A stretch of 64,000 nucleotides of DNA from assembly GCA_049724395.1 (NCBI GenBank), contig JAUGWO010000057.1, positions 62,001-126,000 on the forward strand. The letters are read 5' to 3'. The notes under the pieces were generated by a model. It was not told the DNA's origin. It made no database searches and was given only the letters and a program-made list of their open reading frames with translations. The translations under genes were made by a program, and so were the position numbers. Of this stretch, positions 38,455 to 51,900 are shown piece by piece. The stretch's first letter is position 1. Every line of letters starts with the position of its first letter. The stretch is from Spongospora subterranea f. sp. subterranea. Taxonomy: Eukaryota.

Positions 38455-40229
38455 TCATAGTGGCGCTATTTCTCGAACGGATGACCACTTCCAATGCAGT
38501 CCGACAACGCCGTCTGACCTGATAATCGATACTCTTCCCGGCCTCAATACCGGTGCACAATCATGTGATACGCCATCTGGCGTGTATGGATACTCACAGC
38601 CGGTCGGAGTCTTCGATGCCAGGTCATAATCATCATATTCCAACATCAGTTGCCAATCACCACCGTTAACGCCCTCAGTCGTGTCGCAATAAACGCGTAA
38701 ATTGACTGATTTTGAATCGGGATTGGTTCTGACAACAGACTTGATTCCCAAATAATTGTTGACGTAATCGAAACCCGCCATGGAAGAGATAGTCTGACTG
38801 TCATTAGAATATATTGGAACTGAATAAATCGGACTGCCGCCCTTATCATGCCGAAACTCTTTCCTAACGGATGCAACTGAAACTCTATATTTACACAAAG
38901 ACACCATACGTACTTCACATGAATTACTCCACCTATACGACACACGACGACGTCACTAATCCATAACTTCAACACAAAACGAAATAACAGCACATTCAAT
39001 AAATAAAACTTAACGCATATTTCACCATACTGTCACTAAATGTAATAGATAAATGGTACAAAGGTTTCTAAACAGCATCGTGTGTAAGTCAGCATCACTA
39101 ACTGGAAAATTTAACTCTGGCGTAATACCCATGCGCTTCGCATGGATTTGCATCCGATTCTGTTCAACAGCGGTCAGTGTTTTGGAAAACATTCTGTACG
39201 TCCATTTCCGGAATACCGTCGTGATTTGTTCGAGAGATGAGCGTGAACCCCGACTGTGGGCTACTCCATGCTACAGTACATCGACTGTTGTTAGCGTTAC
39301 TGGCAGTTAACGCTACACGTGGGGGGACGTTACATTGGACTCGGCCGTAACTCGTGAACTCGGTGTTGAGCCAGCCAGGGCCGGACGCAGAGGAATCGAT
39401 GTAGAGGCGAGGAGTGCCACCGTTGAAAACCATGTCGCCATTCCCGAATGTGGCAGTCCCTTTACCCTTCAGATATACCCTGTCGTCATAGGGATCCATC
39501 TACAGAAAGCGTCAAATGAGTGAGGCAGACGCGCCCGGGGCCAACGTGAACCTCCTTGGCCTTCGTCAGAATGCGATTGGCGGTCCATTCGCCAGTCCAG
39601 TCAAGTTCGGGGCTGATCGATGGGAATAGCTGCTGAATACCGAATTCGTCCAGTTGTATGAACTCGGTTTCTGACACGGCCGGTTGCGAGTCCGGTTGCG
39701 TCTCATCTACGGTCGACGTCGTCTCATCCGTCGGCATGGTGTCGTCAACTTGAACCAGATCATCTGTAGCAGTTTCATCCAACGGAAGGTTTTCGTTCGA
39801 CGTCGCTTCAAGTACTATGGAAATTTGATGATCACCGAGAGCTAACCGACGTTGATGGGTAATCGAATAAAAAAAAATCCAAGAATCAGCACAAAATCCA
39901 GAACACAGCGATCAACGTTGATCGATTTTTTTTCCAACATTCAATATTTTATGCCCAAAACCAAGTTAAAAACCTGTCTGCTGTGAAGTATCAGAGGAGG
40001 CGGTGCCATCCAGAGCGATGATCTCCGTCCTAATGGTGGAGGAATCACCCGACACTTTTACGTCCATGGAGACGGAGGCGTCAGGGGCCGAACTATCCAA
40101 AGCGACACGCACGCTGCGATCAGGGTCGGGCAACGCCAGGTCGGCGGCCATTGTGTTGCACGAGGGCATTGCTAGAACCATGATCGATAATGTGATCATG
40201 CTGTGGAGGCCATAACCCGGGATGGCCAT
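38455..40229 (-). CDS. Putatively secreted multi-exon protein: signal peptide, acidic Thr-rich linker, C-terminal beta-rich domain
   Basis: Hydrophobic N-terminus (ITLSIMVLAMPSC), DETT-rich linker, and exons with WLNTEFTSY, KEFRH, LGIKSVVR, LRVYCDTT..GGDW, IRSDG...KWSSVREIAPL. Confidence 0.75.
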
Positions 40230-42401
40230 ATAACCCCAATAATTGAGCGGCCATCTGCTCTCGATTCGTGATTCAACCCCTAGAGTGACTCATCTGGAGG
40301 GGTTTGCAATGGACAATATCTAAATGATGTCCTCAGAATTTTTTACCATCGCAGTAAGCTCGCCCCTATTCCAAAATAGATTTCTATCTTGGAATCTCAT
40401 TTCAAAGCACGTATCTCACAAATTGGTGGAAACAGTCGTCATGTCTGTTTCCGTATATCTAAATCACAAAAAATACTTTGCATTAATGTGTACGTCTAGC
40501 AAAGGTGTTCGCGAACAGATCTGGGGAGCAGTGTGGAAACAATGGTTATTCATAGACGGTAGTACAACAATGACCGCTGGAGATCATCTGAATTTTCAGA
40601 TCTCTTCTCGTCGTTTTGTGCCTTTGCGCAATAATTACGGTCTCCAACCGTTCATTTTCTTCTTCTCCTTTGTTTCATTATATCTATCATCAATTTCTAC
40701 ATCTCCATTCCTTCTATCTTCAATCTCCTCACTCTTTGATCGCTTCCATCTCTTCATCCTCATTTCAGCGTTTTTCAAATTCTTCATCTCTTTGTCTCTT
40801 CATAAATCACTACTCTCATTCTCCCTCACAATGTTCCGTTCAGCACTATCTCTTCGCTACTATGGTTGTACGACGATCATCTTCCCCCTCTCCACGCGAC
40901 GAACCAGGTACTTCTCTCGAAAAGCCGAAAGTTCGTCTTCCTCTGTAGGGGACGAAATATCTGCAATTCTGTGACTTTTTGCTGGAATCGCAAGAACGGC
41001 GAGAAGTGCATTGTTCGAGGAGTCTCAGATGCAGTTACGACGTCGATTTTCATCCATCGACCAAATCCGATCCTCATTCTCTTCCTCCAAAGCCACTTCC
41101 TCATTCAGTCAGCCAATCTTTCAAGGCCTCAACTACTCTTGTTTTACAGCAGTCGACAGACAGTCAAATCTGGTGCTTCGTCGCTCAATCGTTGATTTGC
41201 CACCATTTGGCGAGTTTGTTACGTTAGAAGAAATTCACCCTACCTGTGTTCAACGCGACGACGAGTGTGGGAAACGGTAGTACTGTCCCGTTGTCTTACG
41301 GGTCGTCTTGCGATGCTCTGCCTGCTTCTGTCTCTGAGAGGCACGGCTCTGGAGCGAGCTTTGCAAACAGGCGAAACTTCGTATACCAGTCGCATTGGTC
41401 TGCTTGTTCGGTGTATTTTATTATTGCGTTCAACACTGTCGTGTTAAGTCTGAAGTACCCATATCTACAGTAATGCCATCGCTCGTCATCCGACCCATCA
41501 TTCGTCAAACCGGATTGTCTGTGGAATTACGTGCACCAATTGATTGAGTTGTCCCTGCGTCGCAGGAAGTTCTGTCCGACTATGTGGATCGGGTTCGTAA
41601 ATTTTGTCTTCGGTAAGTAGTCTACGAGACCTTTGTCGGTGCGATCGTTGTTAATTGCTCTTCCAGTACGACCAGCAGCTATTTTTGAAAGCAGTCGAAG
41701 CTGTTGCTCTTCATGGATCATTGGAGTCCGCGTTTGACATTGTGTATTGCCAAGGCTTCCAGGTTGTCCGAGATCCGATCGGATTTTTATCCCGCAAGGA
41801 CAGTCAAACTGCACGCTCTGTGCATTTTCGATCAGCGACTCCTTCTTCGCCACGTATTTCACCTGCACGCTCTTACTCATTCTGAACATGCGGTTTCCCC
41901 AAATGTGACTGATGGTAGAGTGATAACTGATTCGACTTTGAACTTCGGCAATATAAAGAATACAGGCACAGCAGATTTCTGCGAGACCTAATGAGGGAGT
42001 TGAAGATCTTGAAGACAGCGCATGAGAGCATATGATAGACACATCTGAGAAAAATGGGTGATTGTACCCAAATCCATCTTCTGCATTTGCCTCTCGCGCT
42101 TCGGCAACTCCTAAACCCTTTTCAGCCAGGCAAGTTTCGTCTGACAGTTGACGGCGAGTCAATGTGGCTACCAAGCCGTATCAGTGTCCTTCTAGATATC
42201 GAATCTATATTCTCTCTCGATGCCGACAACGGATATTGACAAAGACCATTAGATCCTTCGGCTTCTTCTACTCGTTCATTGCACGACTCGGTCAATGGGA
42301 CAGCAACATTTCGTACTGCTCCGCGAAGTGTTCTTTAAGGCGCGGTGTCCATCACAAACAAACCACTGTATTGTACTAAGCGTGCTCGGAGCCAATTGAT
42401 A

Positions 42402-42669
42402 AACAGAGAACCTGGAGTAAATCGACCGCGGTGGATGGCAGTGTAAAATCAGCTGTGAAATCCCATGATGCCTGCAATTCGGGCCGGATCGTGACGAACT
42501 CTTTTCGCAAAATACACTTCTCGCGAAACGCCGTTTCGGAGCGAAACAACTTTACCTTCAAAATCGCAAGAGGAAAATATATCTGCCATTTTACTGAAGC
42601 AATAGCATTTTTCTATCCATTATCTTCGACTGCCATCCACCGCGACCGATTTACTCCAGTTTCTCTGTT
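42402..42669. repeat. Fold-back inverted repeat #6 (old): core arms 42402-42442 and 42629-42669
   Basis: 41-bp core with about 3 mismatches; patchy similarity extends outward. Confidence 0.75.
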
Positions 42670-42968
42670 CATTAGTACACAACAGTGCGTTGGTCGAGCC
42701 GCTCCAAGCATTACTGCATTCATGTTCGTCACTTTCTTCATGACGTACAGTACCTCTCGAAAAGCTGCTGCCTTGGAACTGGATCGCTATCCCAAGGCGT
42801 CATGAACTGGTCAACATCGCCCGTTATTTTCGATGGCTTGTTCAAGACTTTCTATCTCACTAAAATCCCCACCGATGGCGATCCTTTTTATGATCAACCA
42901 GTGACAAATCAAGTCGGGTTAGAAGTGTGGTCCAAATCGCCTATCGTCCGAAGTCCAACGCGCTCACC

Positions 42969-43295
42969 TTAGGCAGCCTTACTTCGCCCTCGGACTCCGT
43001 TGGGTCGTCGATAGCGCCAAGATGGCAACAGGTCAGGGCTTTCAGCCGACGCTCTATGCAAAACAGGACAAACTTTCAGAGGTTTTAGGAGAGGCTCTAA
43101 AGAACTCTCAATGCCCTCAAAACTGAGCGATTTTATTTGCCAGGTATCACATGTCGAGTCATTGTGATTATCCAGGACATCATTAATTTCAAAATCTGTT
43201 GTAGAGTCTGAGTGTAGAACAGTTGACGGTATTATGACAAATAAAATAACTGCAGTGATAATGCCAAACCGTCTTCTCCACAGAACTTTCAGCAT
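42969..43295 (-). CDS. Possible first exon of a type II membrane protein (downstream exons unclear)
   Basis: RRR followed by a hydrophobic helix, FGIITAVILFVIIPSTV. Confidence 0.3.
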   Translation of the reverse strand: MLKVLWRRRFGIITAVILFVIIPSTVLHSDSTTDFEINDVLDNHNDSTCDTWQIKSLSFEGIESSLEPLLKPLKVCPVLHRASAESPDLLPSWRYRRPNGVRGRSKAA

Positions 43296-43598
43296 ATGTT
43301 CAACCTGTGTCTTTTGTCTTCTCCACTTGTTTGTGCCATTGTTGCCGGGTTTGAGCGTCCATCAATGCAACAAGAATAGCCTGACCTCCAGTCAATTTCT
43401 CAGGTGTTTCCAACAGCAGCAGGAGACGAATCCCACGATGGACACTCGAATGACGACTCCGTACTGAACCAACGGCTGAACACAGCCAATCACATCGTCT
43501 TCAGTTCAGGCGCCGGTAAAGGTTTCCGATTCGACCCGGCTAGGCAAGCAAAAAACCGCTTTTTGCTCCGCTCTATGGTGTCGCGTGTTTATTTCCCT

Positions 43599-44540
43599 TT
43601 ATGATCCGTTTCTTGGCCGTTTTGTTCGCCTTTCTGGTTTCGTCTGCACTCGTAACGGATTCCTGGTTGGCAGAACCGCCTCATCAGCCGGTGCTCGGCT
43701 GAAATTATTGAGACTGGTTACAAATTCATCAAGGTTAATCAACGTCGCTTTGACCATGTTGAACAAGGACAAATCGGAACTACATTGCATGAAAAGATCC
43801 TTCGCAATCGCAGCGAGCTCAGAGATCCTTTGATATTCGACAGTTTGGGTGTGATCTTCTATTTGCGCATCCTGGACATCTCTGGTCGTCGTCCAGGTGA
43901 CCTCAGTCTCGTTGAGGACGCCGCCCGCATTGACGTCCGGGAGATCTTCACCATCATCGGCGGGAATAAACCTGTTTTCAGGTGATAGCTCGATCTGCTC
44001 TTCGGTGAAAAGCTGATGATTGTGCTCGTTGTCCACTTTATAAACCTCGTACTTTGTTTCACCAATTCGCCTTAGACGAACTGAGAATGTGCAATTACAT
44101 TTTGACGACGAAGATTTTCTTCGAAACTTGACGGGAACTTTGGATTTCTTCCTATAATTCCCATACCTAAAACAGAAAAAAACAACGTATTGTGCTGGAT
44201 TTCTTGATTGGACATCCAGCAAACGCTTGTATGACGTTTTTGGCCACATTGAGATTCTCAAAAACTGTTCCAACGGAAAGATCGCCAGGACGCCATTTTT
44301 GGGCACCAGAATCGTTGTCTTCGCCAAGCCTGGGCTTTTCACCCGATAGGCAAGAATCAGGCTCGGAAATGGCGTTGTTTTGCTCGATGAGATCACGAGA
44401 ACAATTGAGCGCAGGTTGATCTTCGGTCTCCGCCGACGAACCTCCCTCGCGACATTGAGCCGATGCAGAATTAATGATTGCCGACGAGGGCCTCGGTTTC
44501 GTGGCCGTCTGGAACAGCCGCGAGAGTCGGGTCAACATCA
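43599..44540 (-). mobile_element. FAR1-type DNA-binding domain, internally deleted Mutator-like element
   Basis: GTVFENLNVAK, FCFRYG, SSKCNCTFSVRL...YEVYKVDNEHNHQL (C..C..HNH, FAR1/WRKY-like). No DDE core present. Confidence 0.75.
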
Positions 44541-44623
44541 CCCTGTAGATAACAATGACATTTATAATGACAATGTCGTACGAATAGTGCAGTACTCGCA
44601 TTCACATGGTACATCCAACGTCT

Positions 44624-45735
44624 GCGCACTTATTTCTACGACAGGTAGTCGTACGCGCACTTATTTCTACGACAGGTAGTCGTACGCGCACTTATTTCTA
44701 CGACAGGTAGTCGTACGTGAGCTTATTTCTACGACAGGTGACCGTACGTGAACTTATTTCTACGACAGGTAGTCGTACGCTCACTTATTTCTACGACAGG
44801 TAGTCGTACGCGCACTTATTTCTACGACAGGTAGTCGTACGTGAGCTTATTTCTACGACAGGTGACCGTACGCGCACTTATTTCTACGACAGGTAGTCGT
44901 ACGCGCACTTATTTCTACGACAGGTAGTCGTACGTGAGCTTATTTCTACGACAGGTAGTCGTACGTGAACTTATTTCTACGACAGGTAGTCGTACGTGAG
45001 CTTATTTCTACGACAGGTAGTCGAACGTGAACTTATTTCTACGACAGGTAGTCGTACGTGAGCTTATTTCTACGACAGGTAGTCGTACGTGAACTTATTT
45101 CTACGACAGGTAGTCGTACGTGAGCTTATTTCTACGACAGGTAGTCGTACGTGAACTTATTTCTACGACAGGTAGTCGTACGCGCACTTATTTCTACGAC
45201 AGGTAGTCGTACGCGCACTTATTTCTACGACAGGTAGTCGTACGCGCACTTATTTCTACGACAGGTAGTCGTACGTGAGCTTATTTCTACGACAGGTAGT
45301 CGTACGCGTACACTTATTTCTACGACAGGTAGTCGTACGTGAGCTTATTTCTACGACAGGTAGTCGTACCGTACGACAGGTACGTCGTAACTTATTTCTA
45401 CGACAGGTAGTCGTACGCGCACTTATTTCTACGACAGGTAGTCGTACGTGCAGCTTATTTCTACGACAGGTAGTCGTACGCGCACTTATTTCTACGACAG
45501 GTAGTCGTACGTGCACTTATTTCTACGACAGGTAGTCGTACGAGCTTACAGGTAGTCGTACGCGCACTTATTTCTACGACAGGTAGTCGTACGCGCACTT
45601 ATTTCTACGACAGGTAGTCGTACGTGAGCTTATTTCTACGACAGGTAGTCGTACGCGCACTTATTTCTACGACAGGTAGTCGTACGCGCACTTATTTCTA
45701 CGACAGGTAGTCGTACGTGAACTTATTTCTACGAC
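44624..45735. repeat. Tandem array of ~35 copies of a 31-bp palindromic unit
   Basis: Unit CTTATTTCTACGACAGGTAGTCGTACG plus a 4-nt variable block (CGCA/TGAG/TGAA). Internal stem TACGAC-AGGTA-GTCGTA. Confidence 0.97.
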
Positions 45736-46552
45736 GTGAATGCTTTATGCAAATCGGGTCGTTTCCGAATTATGTTCCGCCCAAGTTCAGTAAATCAATT
45801 TCTACGGATGATGCCTGGCATTTTGTTAACACGATGAATTTTGAACGATTATCGGATGATGGTCTGTTGAAGATTTCGAGCATTTATGGTCGTCTCTTTC
45901 ATCACCAAATTTTGATGTGTTCGATCCTACATGCCCGTCGTCCTTTCCAACATTCCTTGCGCTCACGCACCACCTGTTTAGCGCCATGGTTGAAACACAC
46001 CCAAATGGAAATTATGGTCAAAGTATCAAGATATTGTGAGATTACATCTTAATAACATTGAACCTGTCGGTTGTTGCTGGCCAACCTCCTTTGCACGATT
46101 TCATCAATATTTTCCCAGAGTCTGTCAACAAAACTGCACTGGTGTTTATGCAGGTTTTTGAAAACAACATGTTCTACGTCAATGGGTTTTGCGTGGTACT
46201 GCCCTAGTCGGTGGATGGCCAAAACATGCTGGTCATGATTTTACCCCCTGAGGGTATTCTCTTTCCCTGTCTCGCTTCACGAACCCAACCAGATTAAATT
46301 TCCTTATCCGATTAAAAACGCCACATTTTCACTGGCGTCAGTTGGTCAAAGCACAGCAGCGTCGCGCGTTATATGATGCGTCAAACAATATTCAATAGAA
46401 CAGACCGCGACAAGTTCCTTTGTCGTTCTTCGTCGCAAGCAACGCTGTTGTGTGCAGTTCGGAAATTTCCGGTTTTATCTCGGACAGTCGGACTTGACGG
46501 CCGTAAGTGGATTACATGGCGCTACACACTTCTCTGGGTTGCCTGTTGGTCG

Positions 46553-47782
46553 ATGGCGACGGCCGAGGCCATCAATGGGGCGTGTCGGGCGCTGCGGTCG
46601 TTGACCGCGGCGGGTGTTGACCAGGCGACCGTGCTGGGCGACCTGTCGGCGGCCATCGCAACCCTGGAACAGGCCGCCATGACCAAGCCGCTTCTCCAGC
46701 AGACGAATGCGGGGACCATTGTCAATTCCGCCATTAGGCGAATACAGCCGAAATCACTGCGAAGTCGGGTCAAGAAATTGATTACAGTCTGGAAATCGAT
46801 TGTCAGCGGAAGTCAAGGTTCTAATTTGAGAAAAATCATTTCACTTTTCTTGTTTTGAGGCTGTATCTGAGCTGTTTGGTCACAGCGTATCAAAGAATCC
46901 TTTATTTTGCGATGCTTTTGTCCTTGAAAGCATTTCTGACCATCTGTTGGATTTCATTGACAGTTTTCCATAAACCTCGTCAAAGGCGTTCGGTCCCCGA
47001 TGGCGCTGTCGTGCCCGTCGTGCCGGTGAAGGGGCACGTACCGCCTTTGCAGACCCTGTGTCTGAACCAGATCCGGGTGCAAATCGGTCGTGTTGCCGCC
47101 CTAAACGAGGTGTTCCCGACGTCGTTACTGCTGGCCATGGTCGAGAACGCCAAGGCCCAGGACCTCGCCCGAATCGAACGCCACAATCCCGACGTGGCCA
47201 ACGACCTGAGCCCGTGCTGGGAGAAAGTCGTCCGCCTTGACCTTCCTGAGCAATATCGCTCAATTCAGAACCCAAATGTCAGATTGAATTCCGTTTAAAC
47301 TAATTTTCAAGTTCTAGTTGTTGTTCTTGTTGTGATAGTTCTTTGGCTTCCAAAAGGTTGATATCAAGAAAGTGTGGTAATTCATATGTTTATCCTGATA
47401 ATCCCTGTCATTTCCGAAATTCACAGTTTCAAACTGTATGGCTGAACTGACCTCGAATTTGCAGTCTCTTCCTCCCGATTTCTGGCGGAAATTCTACGAA
47501 AACACGTTGAGTGATCGGCAGAAGAAGACGGAGGAATACGCCGATACGCTTTCCAGTCGCAAACAGAAGCTGGAGCAGGACAAGATCGGGTCCTCCATTA
47601 AGAAGCTGTCGTTCTCGGCAGGTATTGTGAAGAAGGCCATGAAACGGTCGCGCGACCTAAGCTGCAGCAGCGCCACGCCCGTTCTGAAGGATCGCCGGCC
47701 GAAACCAGGCAATGGCAAGTTGGCCAAACTCCTGGCGCCGGCCAAGGCGCGCCTGAAAATGGAGACCAAACTCCATAAATGA
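46553..47782 (+). CDS. ELOA: Elongin A-like transcription elongation factor (3 exons: 46553-46817, 46964-47277, 47465-47782)
   Basis: TFIIS-N-like domain (LLQQTNAGTIVN...VKKLITVWK), BC-box VPPLQTLC, and QDLARIERHNP...PCWEK of the elongin A domain. Confidence 0.8.
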
Positions 47783-48273
47783 AAATTCAAAGAAAACAAG
47801 GCCGCGTTTTATCTGACAAACATCGGATCTGGTTCCTTTCACTAAATTATTGTCATCATAGTACAGTGATTCTTCAAATTTTGTTTTATACTTTCGTTTT
47901 CATCTCTTCTAGTATCTCCCAATCCACTTGTGATTATTCAAATCCAGAAGTCTGGTTGATGTTCGGGCAAAACGAGGGGATTTGAGCAAACGTGGGCGAC
48001 GTCGGCCACAGCGAACAAGAAATACACCATATCTGGACGCCATAACTGCAGTGCCACCACATTTTAGACATCCCGCTTTGGAAACCTGGACAGATTTGAC
48101 TGTCAGGGAACGGAATGGCCCCAACCTCTCGAGCAAAGCGGCCATTTGTCGCAGTAAAACAACGTAGTTTATTGTTTGGCTCTGATCGCAGTCAGAAAAT
48201 TTTTAGCGAAAACCTAATTTAGCGTTCATGGCACGACGAGCGCCAGGCGAATCATTGCAAGCGCGGATGACTT

Positions 48274-48961
48274 TCACGAATGATGTTTGGACTGCCATTC
48301 GACAACTTTGGGATGGCCGCCAACCGTATCACAAACGCGCGATAGGTTTACGAAACAGTCGGTGCAGTTTTTCCCAAAGCCGGTCAGGGTACCTGGACAA
48401 ACGCAACAGAATCAATTACACATCTGTTGGGGAAGCGTTCGATGAACCTGATCTGAACCACGTCACCATGTTGAACGCCAATAGATCTGCGATCGACAGC
48501 GACTCCCCAAAACAAAACTTCGGATTGGTCTGGCCGATCTGCTTGTCTATCCCCGACATCAGCGGCATGAACGTGCTCTTCTTGAATTCTTCGGCGAACG
48601 CCATCTTCTTCTGATGGTCGTGCTCGTGGAAAAACGGCCCCATCGCATTCATGATGTCGTCGAACGCGTCGCACACCATCTCGATCGGGAGCGCCTTGAT
48701 CGGTTCCATCGGGTGCATTCCGGTGATGCGTCCGACGTAGCGAAGAAGCGACCCCGATTGTGCATATTGTTTTCCGTTGACGGTCATGGTTGGCGCCTGT
48801 CCAAACGGAGTCGTCGGTTTGACCTTAGGCCAATCTTCGTGCTTGAAACGTTCGTCGTTGAACGGGACGTCATTGATGAACAGCACCAGGCGGATCGATT
48901 CGGCGCGTCCCGTGACGTCGAAATAGCTCAGTTTAATATCGGGCAATGTTGGCGGCACCAT
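48274..48961 (-). CDS. Glutathione S-transferase (sigma-like), 2 exons
   Basis: KLSYFDVTGRAESIRL, TPFGQAP, AQSGSLLRY, LSIADL. The second exon ends HPKVVEWQSKHHS. Confidence 0.93.
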
Positions 48962-50078
48962 CTCGTTCCGTTCGCAATCAAAATCAATGAATAAAATATT
49001 TCCAGGAAGTCGCCGTAAATGATGTGCGATGGAAAACGGCCCCAATTCCTTGGGATTTGTCACCCCACGTCTGACCGGACAAAACCGGCTCTTTTTTAGG
49101 CGCTAATTTCCCCAATTTGTTCATTCATGGGGTTTGGTGGTGCTGGACCCGTCTTGGATTGATTGGTAGATTTGCCAGCGGTGGCAATGAACTATGTTGA
49201 CTTAGCGTTGCGAATGAGCGTGGTACATTGATGGCGGAACAGGAATCACAAATGATTTGTTGAACGGACCGAATTTATGAAAATTGATTATGGTTCCTGA
49301 GTTCAAGGCGCGTCGGGTTGCTACTAAATGGCCGATGCTAAAGTCACTCAAGCACAGAGCCTGATCAACTGGTTAGAGTAGAACAGCCAGACGCAAGATG
49401 TGGCAAAATTCTGTGATCGGTTCGATGACAGTCGGGGATGGTTGACCGCCATTGGACGTCTGATCTCGGGCTAATGGACCTCAACACGACCAGGTTCGTG
49501 TTATTCGGCTCGTCACGAAACCGTTAGGCATGGGTTGAGCCATATGTGTAAGATTCCGAAAAAAAGCTATTACCAGGTGTTAAGCGTGACAACACGTCAG
49601 CGAATGTGAAATAACAGAAATACTTTCCATGTTCTCATGCTGCACATCGTGAAAAAATGACAAGAAAAATTTACAAGTAAAAACGAGTACAACCTATAAC
49701 ATCATTGCTACTCCGTCATCACAGACGCTGTTAGAATTCATTCACGTCATTTTCGTGTTGAAATTGTCCATATATTGAGGCAGGGTGTCGCCAGACATTG
49801 GTTGGTCCGCCGATCAAGTCATTTTCGTGTGGGAATTCCATATTGAGGCAGGGTGTCGCCAGACATGGCTGCTGGTCTCCGAAATGGACACAGTGGCCCG
49901 TCACAGGTAACGGCATGATCCCAGACTTGGGGGGTTGGCTGCCCCTGTAATATCGGAACATCAAAGAGTCATCAAACCACGTCAGGGTGGCGGGGCGAGT
50001 GGCGACAGACCGCCACAATCCTAATACGTACGGAGGATAATCATTCATCAAACACATCTGTGTTATTAACAAGAGAAG

Positions 50079-50772
50079 ATGGCGTGTTCGGGAGTGCCCG
50101 AGATTAAAGTGACCTATTTCCATTTCGCTGGGCGAGCTGAATCAATCCGCTTGGCGCTCTACATCAATGGGGTCACGTTCACCGACGATCGGTTCACCCG
50201 CGAAGAGTGGCCCAAGATCAAACCGACTACTCCGTTCGGACAGGTGCCGACCATGACTATTGATGGAAAGCAGTATGCACAAACTGGCTCGCTTCTTCGG
50301 TATGCCGGCCGCATCACTGGTATGCATCCATCAGACCCCATCAAAGCGCTCCCCATCGAAATGATCTGCGACGCATTCGACGACGTCTTCGCTGCATTGC
50401 GACCGCTACTGTCTGAGAGCGATCGACAGAAAAAGAAGGAACTCACTGAAGAATTTCTCAGCGAAGCGCTCCCGCGAATAATGTCAGCAATTGACAAGCT
50501 GGTCGGACAGGACGATCCTAAGTTTTGTTGTGGGAACTCGTTGTCGATCGCGGACTTGATTGCCTTCAACATGCTCGTTTGGCTAAAATCAGGTTTTATC
50601 CAACGCTGTTGCAGATGAATTCTCAGAACTGAATGTCAATTCAATTCTAGGTAAAATCGATCACGTTCCCAAAGATTGCACCGATCAGTTTCGAAATCTG
50701 GCCCGCGTCTTTGAGACTGTTCGCAGCCACCCTAAAGTGATTGAATGGCGCTCCAAACATCAAACCCTGTAG
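50079..50772 (+). CDS. Glutathione S-transferase (sigma-like), intron ~50593-50650
   Basis: KVTYFHFAGRAESIRL, TPFGQVP, LSIADL, HPKVIEW. Confidence 0.93.
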
Positions 50773-50949
50773 GCGACTGCCATCTACTGGCTTTCAAGAA
50801 TACACAATAGAACGTTTTCGTTTGTCTCTTTCTATCTTGTCATATTACATCGCACTGCAGGTTGACACTCGGAATCGGGGGCGTTATAATGAAAAGGATT
50901 TCCACATGTGAACAATTAAAACGCTCAATGCCTGCTTGAACCCGGTACT

Positions 50950-51900
50950 GTATCCTGAGCAATATCGGTATCCACAATCGTCGATATCGAGAGGTATGCC
51001 CAGACAAGTACAGTACGTCATATCGGAATGTATATCGTCTAACACCCTATCGGACGTGAATACTGGGATTCGCCGTTCCCAGATTTGTGTATATAGCATC
51101 TTTACCCGGTCTACTCTTGTCACCACGTTCTTGCCGTTTCTGTTTCAGTATCGATATCGGGTCTGGCTCGTTTGCATTAACCGCACCAGAACAAGTACTG
51201 TCTAATGTCTGACCAAACCGAAGCCACCAAAATCAAGTTTTACAGAATCCAAATTTGGGAACAATCGCCTTCTCAAGGTGGATTCTCGTTCTGGTCTCTT
51301 GTTTAACTGCGAGGTCTGCCTTTTTTGCTGTACTATCTTCACAAAACTGCAGCTCACATGTGATTGCCGCGAATCTGCAGGATCCGTCATTAAGCCTGAA
51401 ATTAATAACAACAAGCCGATCAGTTCCTGCTGCTGTGTTGTTGATGATTTGGAAATCATGATGACGGTTGTGTGCTTCAATTCGGACGCTGTTTCATGCT
51501 AAAACACTTCCAACAATAAGGAATCGTGATTACTTTGGAGTGGCCCGTCGTGGGCGGCACGATCGATTCGCCTTTGTCTACTGTGATTTCGTGCTGTATA
51601 ATCAGCTGCAGCAAATATAGCGTCGCCAATAACATCATAAAAAGAGGGATTGCCGCAGCAAATCGTCCATACGATAAACACTCTTTCAATGATCAACACT
51701 CTTTCAATGATAAACACTCCATAACATTATTCCTCTACTAGTACGTCATATCTGAAACGCCAGATCTCATGCAGGACGACATGAAACGATTTCGCTTCCA
51801 CGTTGTGGAGCGAATTCACGGATGTCAGAGGAAAACGAGTCGTCAATTTGACATACGTCAGCTGCTCTGACTGTTGATTTCCCTGAACAAAACAAGAGGG
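50950..51900. repeat. Segmental duplicate of ~54570-55320 (part of the GST tandem unit)
   Basis: Shared blocks, e.g. aacaacaagccgatcagttcctgctg, ggcggcacgatcga and cgatatcgggtctgg. Confidence 0.75.

Noticed and set aside
40324..40974. 216-aa ORF
   Set aside because: Low-complexity Phe/Ser-rich translation of a pyrimidine-rich strand, with no motif.
45256..45535. ORFs within the tandem array
   Set aside because: By-products of the repeat periodicity.
44624..45735. CRISPR array (palindromic ~30-bp repeats)
   Set aside because: No unique spacers (only a recurring 4-nt slot), no cas genes, and a eukaryotic context.
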